Shown here: piece after piece, positions 44,930 through 58,218 of the stretch
How positions within the stretch are numbered: the stretch's first letter is position 1
How the letters are laid out: every line of letters starts with the position of its first letter
Source: an uncultured Gemmatimonadales bacterium
Lineage (GTDB): Bacteria; Gemmatimonadota; Gemmatimonadetes; Gemmatimonadales; Gemmatimonadaceae
Assembly (NCBI GenBank): GCA_963707505.1
Contig: CAVPQB010000005.1
Location: 32,001 to 96,000 of the forward strand
DNA length: 64,000 bases
Reading direction: 5' to 3'
The notes under the pieces: model-generated
The model's input: only the letters and a program-made list of their open reading frames with translations
The model's database searches: none
Told to the model about the DNA's origin: nothing
Position numbers and translations under genes: made by a program

Positions 44930-46045
44930 GACTCCGTGCTCCCCTGCTCCGCCTGCATCTTCAGGTACGCTTCGATGAACGGATCGATTCCGCCATCCAT
45001 CACCTTCTGCACGTCGGGAATCTTGAGCTCGGTGCGGTGGTCGTTGACCATTGTGTAGGGTTGAAACACATAGCTCCGCGTCTGATTGCCGAAGCTCACC
45101 GACGTCTTGGACGCATCGACCTTCGCCTTCTCGGCTTCACGCCTGGCGACCTCGGCCTGGTACAGCTTGTTCTTCAACATCTTGAGCGCAGTCGCCTTGT
45201 TCTTGTATTGCGAACGCTCCTGCTGCGACGCAGTCACGAGTCCGCTCGGAATGTGCGTGATACGAACCGCCGAGCTCGTCTTGTTGACGTGCTGGCCACC
45301 AGCACCGGATGCGCGATAAACGTCTATGCGGAGATCGTCTTCCTTGATCTCGATGTTGATCTCGTCGTTGACGACGGGATACACGAAGATCGAGGCAAAG
45401 CTCGTATGCCGGCGCGCGTTCGAATCGAACGGCGAAATGCGGACGAGACGGTGCACGCCCGCTTCCGGCTTGAGGAATCCGTACGCATGATCGCCGCTGA
45501 TCTCCAGAACGGCGCCCTTGATTCCCGCCTCCTCCCCTTCGCTCCTGTCGAGCACTTCTACCTTGAACCCGCGACGCTCGGCCCAGCGCGTGTACATGCG
45601 CATCAACATCTCGGCCCAGTCCTGCGCCTCGGTGCCGCCGGCGCCCGCCGCGATCTCGACCTGCGCGTCACGGAAGTCATCCTCGCCGCGGAGCAGCGAG
45701 CGCAGCTCGAAAGCGCCGAGCGCGTCATCGATGGATTCGAGCTCGGCGTCGAGATCGGCGAGCATTTCAGCGTCGGGCGATTCACGCAGCATCTCGTCCA
45801 GCTCGACTGCGCTGCGAACGCGGGCGTCGAGCGCCTCGAACGGATCGATCCATGTTTTGAGAATCTTGGTTTCCTTCACCACGCCCTGAGCGGCCTCGCG
45901 GTCGTCCCAGAATTCGGGCTCGGCCGTGCGCGCGTCGAACGCCGTCAGGCGCTCCTGTTTTCCGGCGATGTCAAAGATACCTCCGCAGTTCGGCGAGGCG
46001 TTGCGTGGCGCGCTCGAGTAAGCGCGCCCGTTCGTGATCCAGCAT
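44926..46045 (-). CDS. prfB: peptide chain release factor 2, with programmed +1 frameshift
   Basis: ATG at 46045 opens [27 protein letters not shown] with GGAGG-TAT-CTT-TGA-C. The +1 frame continues DIAGKQ... to [11 protein letters not shown] and GAGGQHVN. Confidence 0.97.
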
Positions 46046-46100
46046 GATTGATTATAGGTCCGAGATTTCGAAATTCGTTCACACCAAGCGAGCTACGAAG

Positions 46101-46265
46101 CGTCATCCCCGCGAATGAAACGTCATCCCCGCGAAATGAAACGTCATCCCCGCGAAAAAAACGTCATCCCCGCGAAAGCGGGGATCCATCTGCTGCCGGC
46201 TCGCCCCGTGCTGTCACCGCACCGAAAGAACGATAACATGGATCCCCGCTTTCGCGGGAATGACG
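46101..46265. repeat. CGTC-type REP inverted dimer preceded by three tandem truncated copies
   Basis: CGTCATCCCCGCGAA starts at 46101, 46121, 46142 and 46162. The fourth is complete (...GAAAGCGGGGATCCAT) and is nearly perfectly inverted at 46238-46265. Confidence 0.9.
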
Positions 46266-46287
46266 ACATCGTGCAATGCGGCGTGTC

Positions 46288-47007
46288 CTAGAAAAGCTTC
46301 TTGCCGCTTGCGAGAACGTCGTTCAGCGCATCCTGAAAATGCGTGGTCGATCCTGCAAAGTCACGTCCCACCTGATCGACGTATTCCTCGTAGCTCTTTT
46401 TGATCTCATCGCGGAACAACGTCTTGAGCGTCCCGTCACGCAGGCCTTCGGCGTGGCGCGCGGGATGGTATGCGACGATATCCGACACGAGAGCGCGCGC
46501 GAGACGCTTTGCGCGCAACGCGGGATCACGCGTGAGAAACGGATTGATCGGCCGGCGCTGACTCGCATCCGCGTCCGCCGGCGCGATAGCCGGCGCAACC
46601 GATGGCTTGGGCGCTGCCCACGAAGACTCCATCACACTCGCCGCCGTACTCACGGCGGCCGGAGCGGCCGGCGAAGCAGCATGCGCTGGCTCGGCGGTGA
46701 CCGGCTCGGCAGTGACTGGCTCGGCAGGCGCACGGTACTTTGGCGGCTCGGCAGCTGCCGACTCAGGCTCATTCGGAGCGGCTGGCGCGGCGCCCGCCGA
46801 TTCAGGCGCGTGAGCTTCACTCTCAGCGTGCTCTGGTGCCGCGTGCTCGGCTTCGGCTCGTTGCGGTGCAGCGACGTGCGGCGCGGGAACGGTGATTACC
46901 GCGGAGCAGACCGAGCAGCGCGCGCGAACGCCGGCAGCCGGAACCTTGTTCGGGTCCAGCTCGAACTCGGTCAGGCACGAGGAACACTGTACGACCATTG
47001 GCGTCAT
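46288..47007 (-). CDS. MJ0042-type zinc-ribbon protein with Ala/Pro/Glu linker and helical C-terminal domain
   Basis: QCSSCLTEFELDPNKVPAAGVRARCSVC, a low-complexity middle, then AKRLARALVSDIVAY...EIKKSYEEY. Confidence 0.8.
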   Translation of the reverse strand: MTPMVVQCSSCLTEFELDPNKVPAAGVRARCSVCSAVITVPAPHVAAPQRAEAEHAAPEHAESEAHAPESAGAAPAAPNEPESAAAEPPKYRAPAEPVTAEPVTAEPAHAASPAAPAAVSTAASVMESSWAAPKPSVAPAIAPADADASQRRPINPFLTRDPALRAKRLARALVSDIVAYHPARHAEGLRDGTLKTLFRDEIKKSYEEYVDQVGRDFAGSTTHFQDALNDVLASGKKLF

Positions 47008-48005
47008 TGGCGGGCACCTGTTTCAGTCAACTGCGGCGTCTGGATCTCGGAGCGGTCATCTGTTCGTCTGTCGATGGCGTACACCGATCCGGGAAGCGTC
47101 TTCGCGTACGTCTTCATTTCGGTAGCAAGTGCGCTCACACCCACGGAGCTCGTGAACGTGCGCCGTTCGTTCGTAACGACGCCGATCGAAAGTGTCATCA
47201 AGGGAACGCGATGTAGCTGCCCACGTCTGTCCTTCCCGAAAAAATAGCCTGCGCGCCGGTCATTCTCGGAATACTGATACGCGATGAGCGTATCAAATGT
47301 CTGGACGATTTCAGTGCACACATCGTCAACTCGGTCGCGAGGAATCAGGAAAATAAAATCGTCTCCGCCGATATGACCCACGAATCCATCGTCGCCGACC
47401 AGGCCGCGAACGGTATCGTGAAGCAGGGCCGCGAGCAGGCGAATTACCCGGTCGCCCTCGACATAGCTGTAGCGATCATTGAATTCCTTGAAGTGATCGA
47501 GGTCAGCGTAACAGGCGGCGAATGCCGTATCGAGCCGGTCCCGAATTGCGTCGTGAATCGCCGGCGCCCCAGGAAGCCGTGTCGAAGGATGGACGTTGAC
47601 GTCACGATCCGAGCGCGCGAGCGTGCAGCGCAGCCGTGTCAGTGTCTCCGCGTCGTCCATCTCCGCCGACACCACGTCGTCGGCCAGTGCATCCAGCGCC
47701 TCTATGCGTGACGGCATGCCGTCGGGCGCGACGTACATGACCGGAACGACTCCGGTAAACGGATCGCGCTTGATCTTGCGGCACGCAGCGAGCGGATGTC
47801 CAACCGACGTTCGGCCGTCTATGATGATAAAGCGCGGCCGCGAGCGCAGAGCATAGACCATCAGCTCGTCGATCGACGTGACCGGAACGACCGTCACCGG
47901 CTGGCGATCGACCCACCCCGCAACCGACGGAGGGAGTTGGGCCTCCACGGCCTGAAGGAGCAAGGCAATGGGGAGCTGGGGGCTTGAAAGCGACTGGTCC
48001 GTCAT
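47004..48005 (-). CDS. diguanylate cyclase with a degenerate receiver-like N-terminus
   Basis: YADLDHFKEFNDRY, GHIGGDDFIF and MTLSIGVV; REC-like ACRKIKRDPFTGVVPV...ADDVV. Confidence 0.87.
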   Translation of the reverse strand: MTDQSLSSPQLPIALLLQAVEAQLPPSVAGWVDRQPVTVVPVTSIDELMVYALRSRPRFIIIDGRTSVGHPLAACRKIKRDPFTGVVPVMYVAPDGMPSRIEALDALADDVVSAEMDDAETLTRLRCTLARSDRDVNVHPSTRLPGAPAIHDAIRDRLDTAFAACYADLDHFKEFNDRYSYVEGDRVIRLLAALLHDTVRGLVGDDGFVGHIGGDDFIFLIPRDRVDDVCTEIVQTFDTLIAYQYSENDRRAGYFFGKDRRGQLHRVPLMTLSIGVVTNERRTFTSSVGVSALATEMKTYAKTLPGSVYAIDRRTDDRSEIQTPQLTETGARQ

Positions 48006-48105
48006 CTCGATCCCTGGAAGATAACCGCACAGGCAGGCATCGCGGCAGCCTCATAAGGTACTTGTGCGGCCGGCCTGCGCCGACCTCTACAACCTGCCAC
48101 GCAAC

Positions 48106-49086
48106 CTACCACAAATATCGGAGCGAGAAATACGTCGGGGGTTTGTCGTTCGTCCCTGTGAGACCGCCGTATGTCCGTCCAATATCAAACACTAGTTTAC
48201 CTGATTGGAGTCCTACACCTATTGCACCACCGGAGCCGTTTGCCGGGTCGCGGATGTAGCCAGCCCTGACGTGCAGCCGCTGGTCGACGACGATGTCGGT
48301 GCCGAGCCGAGCGGTGGTGCTATCCATCTTGACTGTCGAGACCAGGTCCGCGGCACCATGAACTTCGACGCTATCGTTGCCACGGGCGAATGCGACGACT
48401 TTGTAATCGGCGCCGAGGTCGATGCGGCCCGGCCGGCCCGCCACGCCGGCGATGCCCAGGTTACGAGCGGCTGCCGCGAGAGTGAGCGGAATTTCGTCGG
48501 GCCGGAACTGCATGCCGATGTCGAACCCGTTGGACCTGGAGCTGGCGATACCGAGTCCGCTGCAAACCCCGGAGCACGGAATTCCGGCCTCCACATGTTT
48601 TGCGGTCACACCTAACGCCAGCCAGGGGACGGGCGCCACTGCGTAAGTTGCTGCCACGGAGTAGTCTGTGGGGCTGGCGACGCCGATGCTGTTCCCCTGA
48701 TCGTCAGTAAGTGTCTGCTGCCCGAGATCGAGCACGTTTACCAGAAGACCGAACGCCGTCTTTTTGTTCGTCGGCCAGACCAGGGCGAGCGCATTACCCT
48801 GGCCTACGACCGTCGTGGAATGATGGAGCGCGATCTCGTGCGACTGCGGACCGTTACCGACAATGCCGGACGGGTTCCACCACAGCAGGTCACTGCCGCC
48901 GCGCTGCGCGACCACAGCCTCGCCCATTCCGACGGCGCGAGCGCCGACGGGCAGCAGCAGGAATATTCCCTCCTGGCCGGACTGTGCGAGCGAGGTGCGC
49001 GGGTACGCGACCGCGGCAGCCACGGCGAATGCTGCCAGGAATGCAGCTACGGTGGTTGCGGCTCGATCTGTCAGGATGCGCGCCAC
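48106..49086 (-). CDS. PorV/PorQ-family (UPF0164-like) outer-membrane beta-barrel protein
   Basis: Signal peptide, FLLLPVGARAVGMGEA...WWNPSG, amphipathic beta strands and aromatic C-terminus YFSLRYLW. Confidence 0.78.
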   Translation of the reverse strand: MARILTDRAATTVAAFLAAFAVAAAVAYPRTSLAQSGQEGIFLLLPVGARAVGMGEAVVAQRGGSDLLWWNPSGIVGNGPQSHEIALHHSTTVVGQGNALALVWPTNKKTAFGLLVNVLDLGQQTLTDDQGNSIGVASPTDYSVAATYAVAPVPWLALGVTAKHVEAGIPCSGVCSGLGIASSRSNGFDIGMQFRPDEIPLTLAAAARNLGIAGVAGRPGRIDLGADYKVVAFARGNDSVEVHGAADLVSTVKMDSTTARLGTDIVVDQRLHVRAGYIRDPANGSGGAIGVGLQSGKLVFDIGRTYGGLTGTNDKPPTYFSLRYLW

Positions 49087-49087
49087 G

Positions 49088-49255
49088 CTATACCGGCGTC
49101 GCCTCGTCGATCAGCATTATCGGGATCCCGTCGCGCACCGGATATTTGAGCTTGTCACGCTGGCACGTCAACGCATCCTCTGCCTCGTTGTATTCCAGTG
49201 GTCCCTTGCACTTGGGGCAGACGAGTATTTCGAGGAGCTGCGGTGCTAGTGGCAT
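49088..49255 (-). CDS. Trm112/YcaR-family protein
   Basis: LLEILVCPKCKGPL...YPVRDGIPIMLIDEA. Confidence 0.93.
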   Translation of the reverse strand: MPLAPQLLEILVCPKCKGPLEYNEAEDALTCQRDKLKYPVRDGIPIMLIDEATPV

Positions 49256-49262
49256 GTTGGCT

Positions 49263-50131
49263 TCAGTCGTGTGTGGTGTAACCGAAGCGGCGAAGTGCCG
49301 CTGCGTCCTTTCTCCAATTCTGCAATACTTTGACCCAAAGGTCGAGGTACACGGTTGCGCCGACGAGAGTTTCAATCTTTTTGCGGGCAGCGGTGCCGAG
49401 GAGCTTGATACGTTTTCCCTTCTCGCCGATGAGTATCCGCTTCTGGCTATCGCGTTCGACGTGAATTACGGCACGAATGTAAATCGGCGAGCGATCTTCG
49501 CGAAATTCTTCGATCTCGCAAGCGACGCTGTACGGCACCTCGGCGCCGAGCTGCTCGAGCGCCGTCTCTCGATCAGCTCCGCTGCAAGAAAGCGGACTGA
49601 ATGGATGCTTACGTCTTCGACCGGAAACAGGAACGGGCTTTCGGGAAGATAGCTCTCGATGGCGGCGACGAGCGCCGGAAATCCCTCGCCTGTGAGCGCG
49701 GAGATGAAGATAGCCTCCGGCAGCGCCAGGGCGAGCTTCTCGCGGTCTCGACGATGGAGAAGATCGGATTTATTGAGTGCGACGATGGTTGGCGCGCGTG
49801 GTGGAGATTCCAGTCCAGCGACCTCGTATAGAGGACCCGGGACACCCTCGCGTGCGTCACACACGTAGACTATGCAGTCGGCGTCGCGGAGCGCCGAGAC
49901 TGCGGCGGACTGCATGGCGGTCTGGAGCAGATAGCCCGGATCCAGCAGTCCGGGGGTATCGGCCAGGATCATCTGGGTATCGCCCTCGGTGCGGATCCCG
50001 ACGACGCGATCGCGGGTGGACTGTGGCTTGTCGCTGGTGATGCTGAGCTTCTGACCGACGATGCGGTTTAGGAGCGTCGATTTGCCGGCGTTCGGTTTTC
50101 CCGCGACGGTGACGGTTCCGGCTCTGGTCAT
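49263..50131 (-). CDS. era: GTPase Era; one apparent 1-nt deletion near 49570
   Basis: GKPNAGKSTL, KPQSTR, DTPG and LNKSD. KH domain (EVPYS, ERDSQKRILIG, LDLWVKV) is in the next frame; adding one C restores ELIRETALEQL. Confidence 0.95.
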
Positions 50132-50148
50132 GGTGGTTATGGAAAATA

Positions 50149-50180
50149 CAAAAGGCCGTCCAGTGATGGACGGCCTTTTG
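50149..50180 (-). terminator. rRNA operon terminator
   Basis: CAAAAGGCCGTCCA-gtga-TGGACGGCCTTTTG hairpin just after 5S, followed by a T-rich tail on the minus strand. Confidence 0.88.
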
Positions 50181-50187
50181 AAAAAGG

Positions 50188-50305
50188 TGCCGGCGACGGC
50201 CTACTCTCCCGCGATCCTCTCGAACGGAGTACCATCGGCGCTGTAGGGCTTAACGACCGTGTTCGGAATGGGAACGGGTGTGGCCCCTACGCTCTAGTCG
50301 CCAGC
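50188..50305 (-). rRNA. rrf: 5S rRNA
   Basis: Reverse-complement hallmarks CTACTCTCCC, GTACCATCGGCGCT and GTTCGGAATGGGAACGGGTG. Confidence 0.96.
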
Positions 50306-50435
50306 GTATCAGGAAATGACTTTGGATTGTAGTAGTGATCGTGTGATGTTCGAATCAACACGTTAGATCGCTGTTTTCTGCTGAGTCGACCGTCGGTTGC
50401 CAGGCAAGGAATGCTCGGACCAGCCCATATAAGGA

Positions 50436-53405
<2,970 letters not shown>

Positions 53406-53853
53406 ACATTAGATGTCAAGCATGATTCAAACAGGCCCTGGGGCCTGCATCAATACGCGCGATCTAACGAGTGATTCATTTGGACTCTCGGAGCGTTAAG
53501 CTCTTTGAGACAAATCGAGCCCTGACCCGAAGGTCAGAGCATCTTGAAATTGTGTCACTAGTGTTGATTCTCAGTACCAGGATCTTATCAGGTCCCAGTA
53601 CTCAAATCCCACGATCACTACTACTTTCCGTTGTCAAAAAGCTTTGAGCTATAAGCGCTCTGTCGCTTCTGCTTAAGGACTTAGCTCAAGTCGCTCAAAT
53701 ACTTTCGAGCTTGAGCATCTGCAGAATGCGATTCGACTCGTTTTATATGGAAATCGAGATTGAGATCGGATGTTACGAGACGAGCGACACGTGAGTGCTT
53801 TCCGGCAAGGCATGCCTGGTTGCCAGGCTTGTCAGCCTTACTCGCCGCTCCGT

Positions 53854-55381
<1,528 letters not shown>

Positions 55382-55596
55382 AGTTAGAAGATTTGATTGC
55401 TCTTCCGAACGCGGTCATCTCCAGACGTAAGCCCGTAGACTTCCACGTCCGGAATCACTTTGAATGAATATTCAGGTTCTGAACTCTCCCCGAAGCCCTG
55501 AATGGCCTCGGATCAACGAGCTCAGCCTCGCACATCCATCGATCTCAATTTCGATTTTCAATCAGCGTTTCGCCACATTTTCAGTGGCAGCCTTCC

Positions 55597-55625
55597 AACC
55601 TATCAATTCTACCCCTCTTTCGCAA
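55597..55625 (-). promoter_or_regulatory. rrn sigma-70-type promoter
   Basis: Minus strand TTGCGA (55625-55620), 17-nt spacer, TAGGTT (55602-55597), with A-rich UP-like tracts upstream. Confidence 0.7.
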
Positions 55626-55910
55626 GGGGCTTTTTGAACTTTCTTTAGACTTTTTTACCGCGCTTTTGTGCCACTGCACTCACCACGGTAACCGTGTCTG
55701 TACGCTCCGAAAATGCAATAGTTCCGGCTGCGTCCCGACGTCTCAATTCCAATCTCGAATCAGCAACAACTCAACAACAAATCAACAACAATTTCGCCAT
55801 GCTACGGCGGATGCGCATCCTAACGGAGACCGCACCGGAAAGGAACCCCTTGAAGCGCTTTTCTCACGCCTTCTCGACGACTCCATCCAAACCGTGCACC
55901 GCATAACAAG

Positions 55911-55984
55911 TGCCCCCTCTCGGAATCGAACCGAGAACCTACTGATTAAGAGTCAGTTGCTCTAACCAATTGAGCTAAGGAGGC
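55911..55984 (-). tRNA. tRNA-Lys(CTT), CCA not encoded
   Basis: GCCTCCTTAGCTCAATTGGTTAGAGCAACTGACT-CTT-AATCAGTAGGTTCTCGGTTCGATTCCGAGAGGGGGCA. Confidence 0.96.
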
Positions 55985-56104
55985 GTTTCACTCCGAACTA
56001 CCAGCACCCACCGGCAACTCCGCACCCGTTCCACCACCGCTTGCCAAACCGAGCGGCAGAACACCGCCGAACCGCGTGGTCGCTCTCGCTCGTGACCTAC
56101 CAGG

Positions 56105-56181
56105 TGGTGCGCCAGGAGGGGATCGAACCCCCGACCTGCAGCTTAGAAGGCTGCCGCTCTATCCAACTGAGCTACTGGCGC
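56105..56181 (-). tRNA. tRNA-Arg(TCT)
   Basis: GCGCCAGTAGCTCAGTTGGATAGAGCGGCAGCCT-TCT-AAGCTGCAGGTCGGGGGTTCGATCCCCTCCTGGCGCACCA. Confidence 0.97.
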
Positions 56182-56269
56182 CGGACAGCCTCCCAATTTG
56201 GCGCGAACGAGGCAAAAATGGAACCCCCGCGCGCCGCGATATCACGGATAATGTCGCGCTGCCTCCAGC

Positions 56270-56302
56270 CCGCGACCACCCCGCGACCACCCCGCGACCA
56301 CC
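56270..56302. repeat. 11-nt tandem repeat x3
   Basis: CCGCGACCACC three times. Confidence 0.85.
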
Positions 56303-56443
56303 CCGCTACTGCCAAGCGGTGCCAACTGCTGGCAACCCGCGCATTACCACCCCGCGGGAACGCGCATTGCCACTCCATAAACCGACAATTCTCCGCAATC
56401 GAAAGCCACCCGGGCAGCCGGTACTCGGCCAGGAGCTTCACAA

Positions 56444-56869
56444 ATGCAATACGACGACTTTCTAGCACTCGTACAGGAGCACGCCGGGCTCAATAGCCGC
56501 ACACGCGCGCTGGACATCACGCGCGCCACGCTGGAGACGCTCGCCGAGCGCGTGGGGGCAGATACCGCGGATAACGTCGCATCGCAACTTCCGCCCGGAA
56601 TTGCGCGGTTCCTGCGGAATCGCACCGGTGGCGCGGGTGAGAGTTTTCGCGTAGATGAATTCGTGCGCCGCGTCGCTGAACGCGCGGACATCGATTCCGA
56701 TGAAGCGATTCGCGAGCTTCGGATCGTGCTGCAATCGCTGGCGGAAGCAGTCACCGAAGGCCAGGTGAATCACCTGTGGGCGGAGCTACCGGGCGAATAT
56801 CTCTCGCTGTTCGAGCCGACACAAAACTCCGGCCGCGCCGGCGCAATCGGGACTGACAAAAACAGGTGA
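56444..56869 (+). CDS. DUF2267-family protein
   Basis: MQYDDFLALVQ...TRATLETLAERV...VASQLP...EFVRRVAER...LAEAVTEGQV...ELPGEY; RBS AGGAG. Confidence 0.85.
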   Translation: MQYDDFLALVQEHAGLNSRTRALDITRATLETLAERVGADTADNVASQLPPGIARFLRNRTGGAGESFRVDEFVRRVAERADIDSDEAIRELRIVLQSLAEAVTEGQVNHLWAELPGEYLSLFEPTQNSGRAGAIGTDKNR

Positions 56870-56882
56870 CAAACGCAGCGTA

Positions 56883-56924
56883 GCGAACACGAGATCGCGA
56901 ACACGAGATCGTGAACACGAGATC
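56883..56924. repeat. 14-nt tandem repeat x3
   Basis: GCGAACACGAGATC twice, then GTGAACACGAGATC. Confidence 0.85.
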
Positions 56925-57066
56925 GCGTTCACTGCGTCAAATGTGCGTCCAACATGCATCGCACGCGCGCCGCACGTACACATCAAACGCGCATCGCATG
57001 TGAACCACGGCGCGTCCAGTCGGTGAGACGGAGGTGAAGTTGCTTCGATTGCAGTGGGCGTGCGCG

Positions 57067-57102
57067 GTGACGTGTCGCACGTGACGTGTCGCACGTGACG
57101 TG
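57067..57102. repeat. 14-nt tandem repeat x2.6
   Basis: GTGACGTGTCGCAC twice, then GTGACGTG. Confidence 0.8.
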
Positions 57103-57116
57103 CGCGTGCGTGGCCG

Positions 57117-57353
57117 CTAAGGCTTGCCCTCAAAACGCTCTCGGCGCGCTTGCTCAGCATGCTCCTGTCGCGCGAGGGCCGCAGGATCGTGCAACGCCAC
57201 AGCATCTGCGACTTGCGAAGTTCCAGGCTGGCCTGGGACCGGGGGTAATTGGGTCCAGTCAGACGTATCCGGTCGATACGCCCACATCGTTCCGTCGTCA
57301 CAAAGTGCGACGAGGTTGTGGACAGGTCCGGTGAGCTGAATGACGTGCCGCAT
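57117..57353 (-). CDS. small hypothetical protein (78 aa)
   Basis: Strong RBS AGGAG five nt before the ATG; protein-like composition (LVALCDDGTMWAY...WTQLPPVP). Confidence 0.65.
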   Translation of the reverse strand: MRHVIQLTGPVHNLVALCDDGTMWAYRPDTSDWTQLPPVPGQPGTSQVADAVALHDPAALARQEHAEQARRERFEGKP

Positions 57354-57435
57354 CGAGTCTCCTACGTGGATGGTGATTTTTACGACGTTCCGAGGATCGC
57401 CGTATCCACCGGATTGACACTCAGGAACAAGATAA

Positions 57436-57464
57436 AGCCCCGCATCGAAGAACGATGCGGGGCT
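57436..57464 (-). terminator. terminator after tRNA-Pro
   Basis: AGCCCCGCATCG-aagaa-CGATGCGGGGCT hairpin followed by TTATCTT on the minus strand. Confidence 0.8.
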
Positions 57465-57479
57465 CTATTTGCAGCAAGG

Positions 57480-57553
57480 TCGGGGCGGCCAGATTCGAAC
57501 TGGCGACCTCCTGCTCCCAAAGCAGGCGCGATACCGGGCTACGCTACGCCCCG
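57480..57553 (-). tRNA. tRNA-Pro(TGG)
   Basis: CGGGGCGTAGCGTAGCCCGGTATCGCGCCTGCTT-TGG-GAGCAGGAGGTCGCCAGTTCGAATCTGGCCGCCCCGA. Confidence 0.96.
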
Positions 57554-57582
57554 AGTCAATGAACTTAGTCGGGGTCGGACGG

Positions 57583-58218
57583 TTACGGCAACGCTCGGGC
57601 GTTTTCTCCGGAGAGCACCTCGAGCAGCGACCTGAAGGCGCGGCCCCGGTGCCCTATCCGCTCCTTCTCCTCGTCCGACGCCTCGCCGAAGGTCTGCTGC
57701 AGCTCCTGCGACACGAAGTGCGGGTCGTAGCCGAAGCCGCTGAATCCGCGCGGCTGTGGGACTATCACGCCGGCGGTGCTCCCGGTTCGCACGACGGCGC
57801 GCTCGCCATCGACGAAGGCAGCTGCACAGATGAACGACGCCGTCGCCGGCAGCGCGTTCATGCGGCGGAGCTGGCCCAACAGCGCCGCGTTGTTCGCAGC
57901 GTCGAGCGATTTGCCCGTGAGATCAGCACGTCCCGAGAAACGCCTGCTGCGCACGCCTGGCCGGCCTCCGAGTACATCGACCGCAAGTCCGGAGTCATCG
58001 GCGAACGTGGGAATGCCGGTGCGTCGATAGAAATACTGCGCCTTGGCGAGCGCGTTCTCCTCGAACGTCTCCCACGACTCGATGGAATCTTCGTCGTCCG
58101 CTTCGGTCACGCCGGCCTCGGTCAGGTCGGTGATCTGAAATGCGGTATTGGCAAAGATGCCGCGGAGCTCGCGCAATTTTCCTGGATTGCGTGTCGCGAT
58201 GAGAGCGCGCGTTGTCAC
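57583..58218 (-). CDS. rdgB: non-canonical purine NTP pyrophosphatase (RdgB/HAM1)
   Basis: [34 protein letters not shown] and HRGRA. Confidence 0.95.
   Translation of the reverse strand: MTTRALIATRNPGKLRELRGIFANTAFQITDLTEAGVTEADDEDSIESWETFEENALAKAQYFYRRTGIPTFADDSGLAVDVLGGRPGVRSRRFSGRADLTGKSLDAANNAALLGQLRRMNALPATASFICAAAFVDGERAVVRTGSTAGVIVPQPRGFSGFGYDPHFVSQELQQTFGEASDEEKERIGHRGRAFRSLLEVLSGENARALP

Noticed and set aside
41652..45058. Long plus-strand ORFs (638 aa at 41652-43568 and 542 aa at 43430-45058), and similar shadows such as 1269-2639, 6249-7664 and 20235-21779
   Set aside because: They are antisense or alternate-frame shadows of well-conserved genes in high-GC DNA, Arg/Ala-rich, with no recognisable motifs.
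46101..46189. Possible mini-CRISPR array
   Set aside because: The repeats are 15 nt with only 5-6 nt near-identical linkers, there are no unique spacers or cas genes, and the unit matches a REP palindrome.
46640..46870. Short repeats such as GGCTCGGC within the zinc-ribbon gene
   Set aside because: They are explained by the low-complexity AEP/VTAEP protein linker, not by a DNA-level element.
55626..57480. Prophage or integrative element at the tRNA cluster
   Set aside because: No integrase, transposase, phage structural gene or duplicated tRNA 3' end was found.
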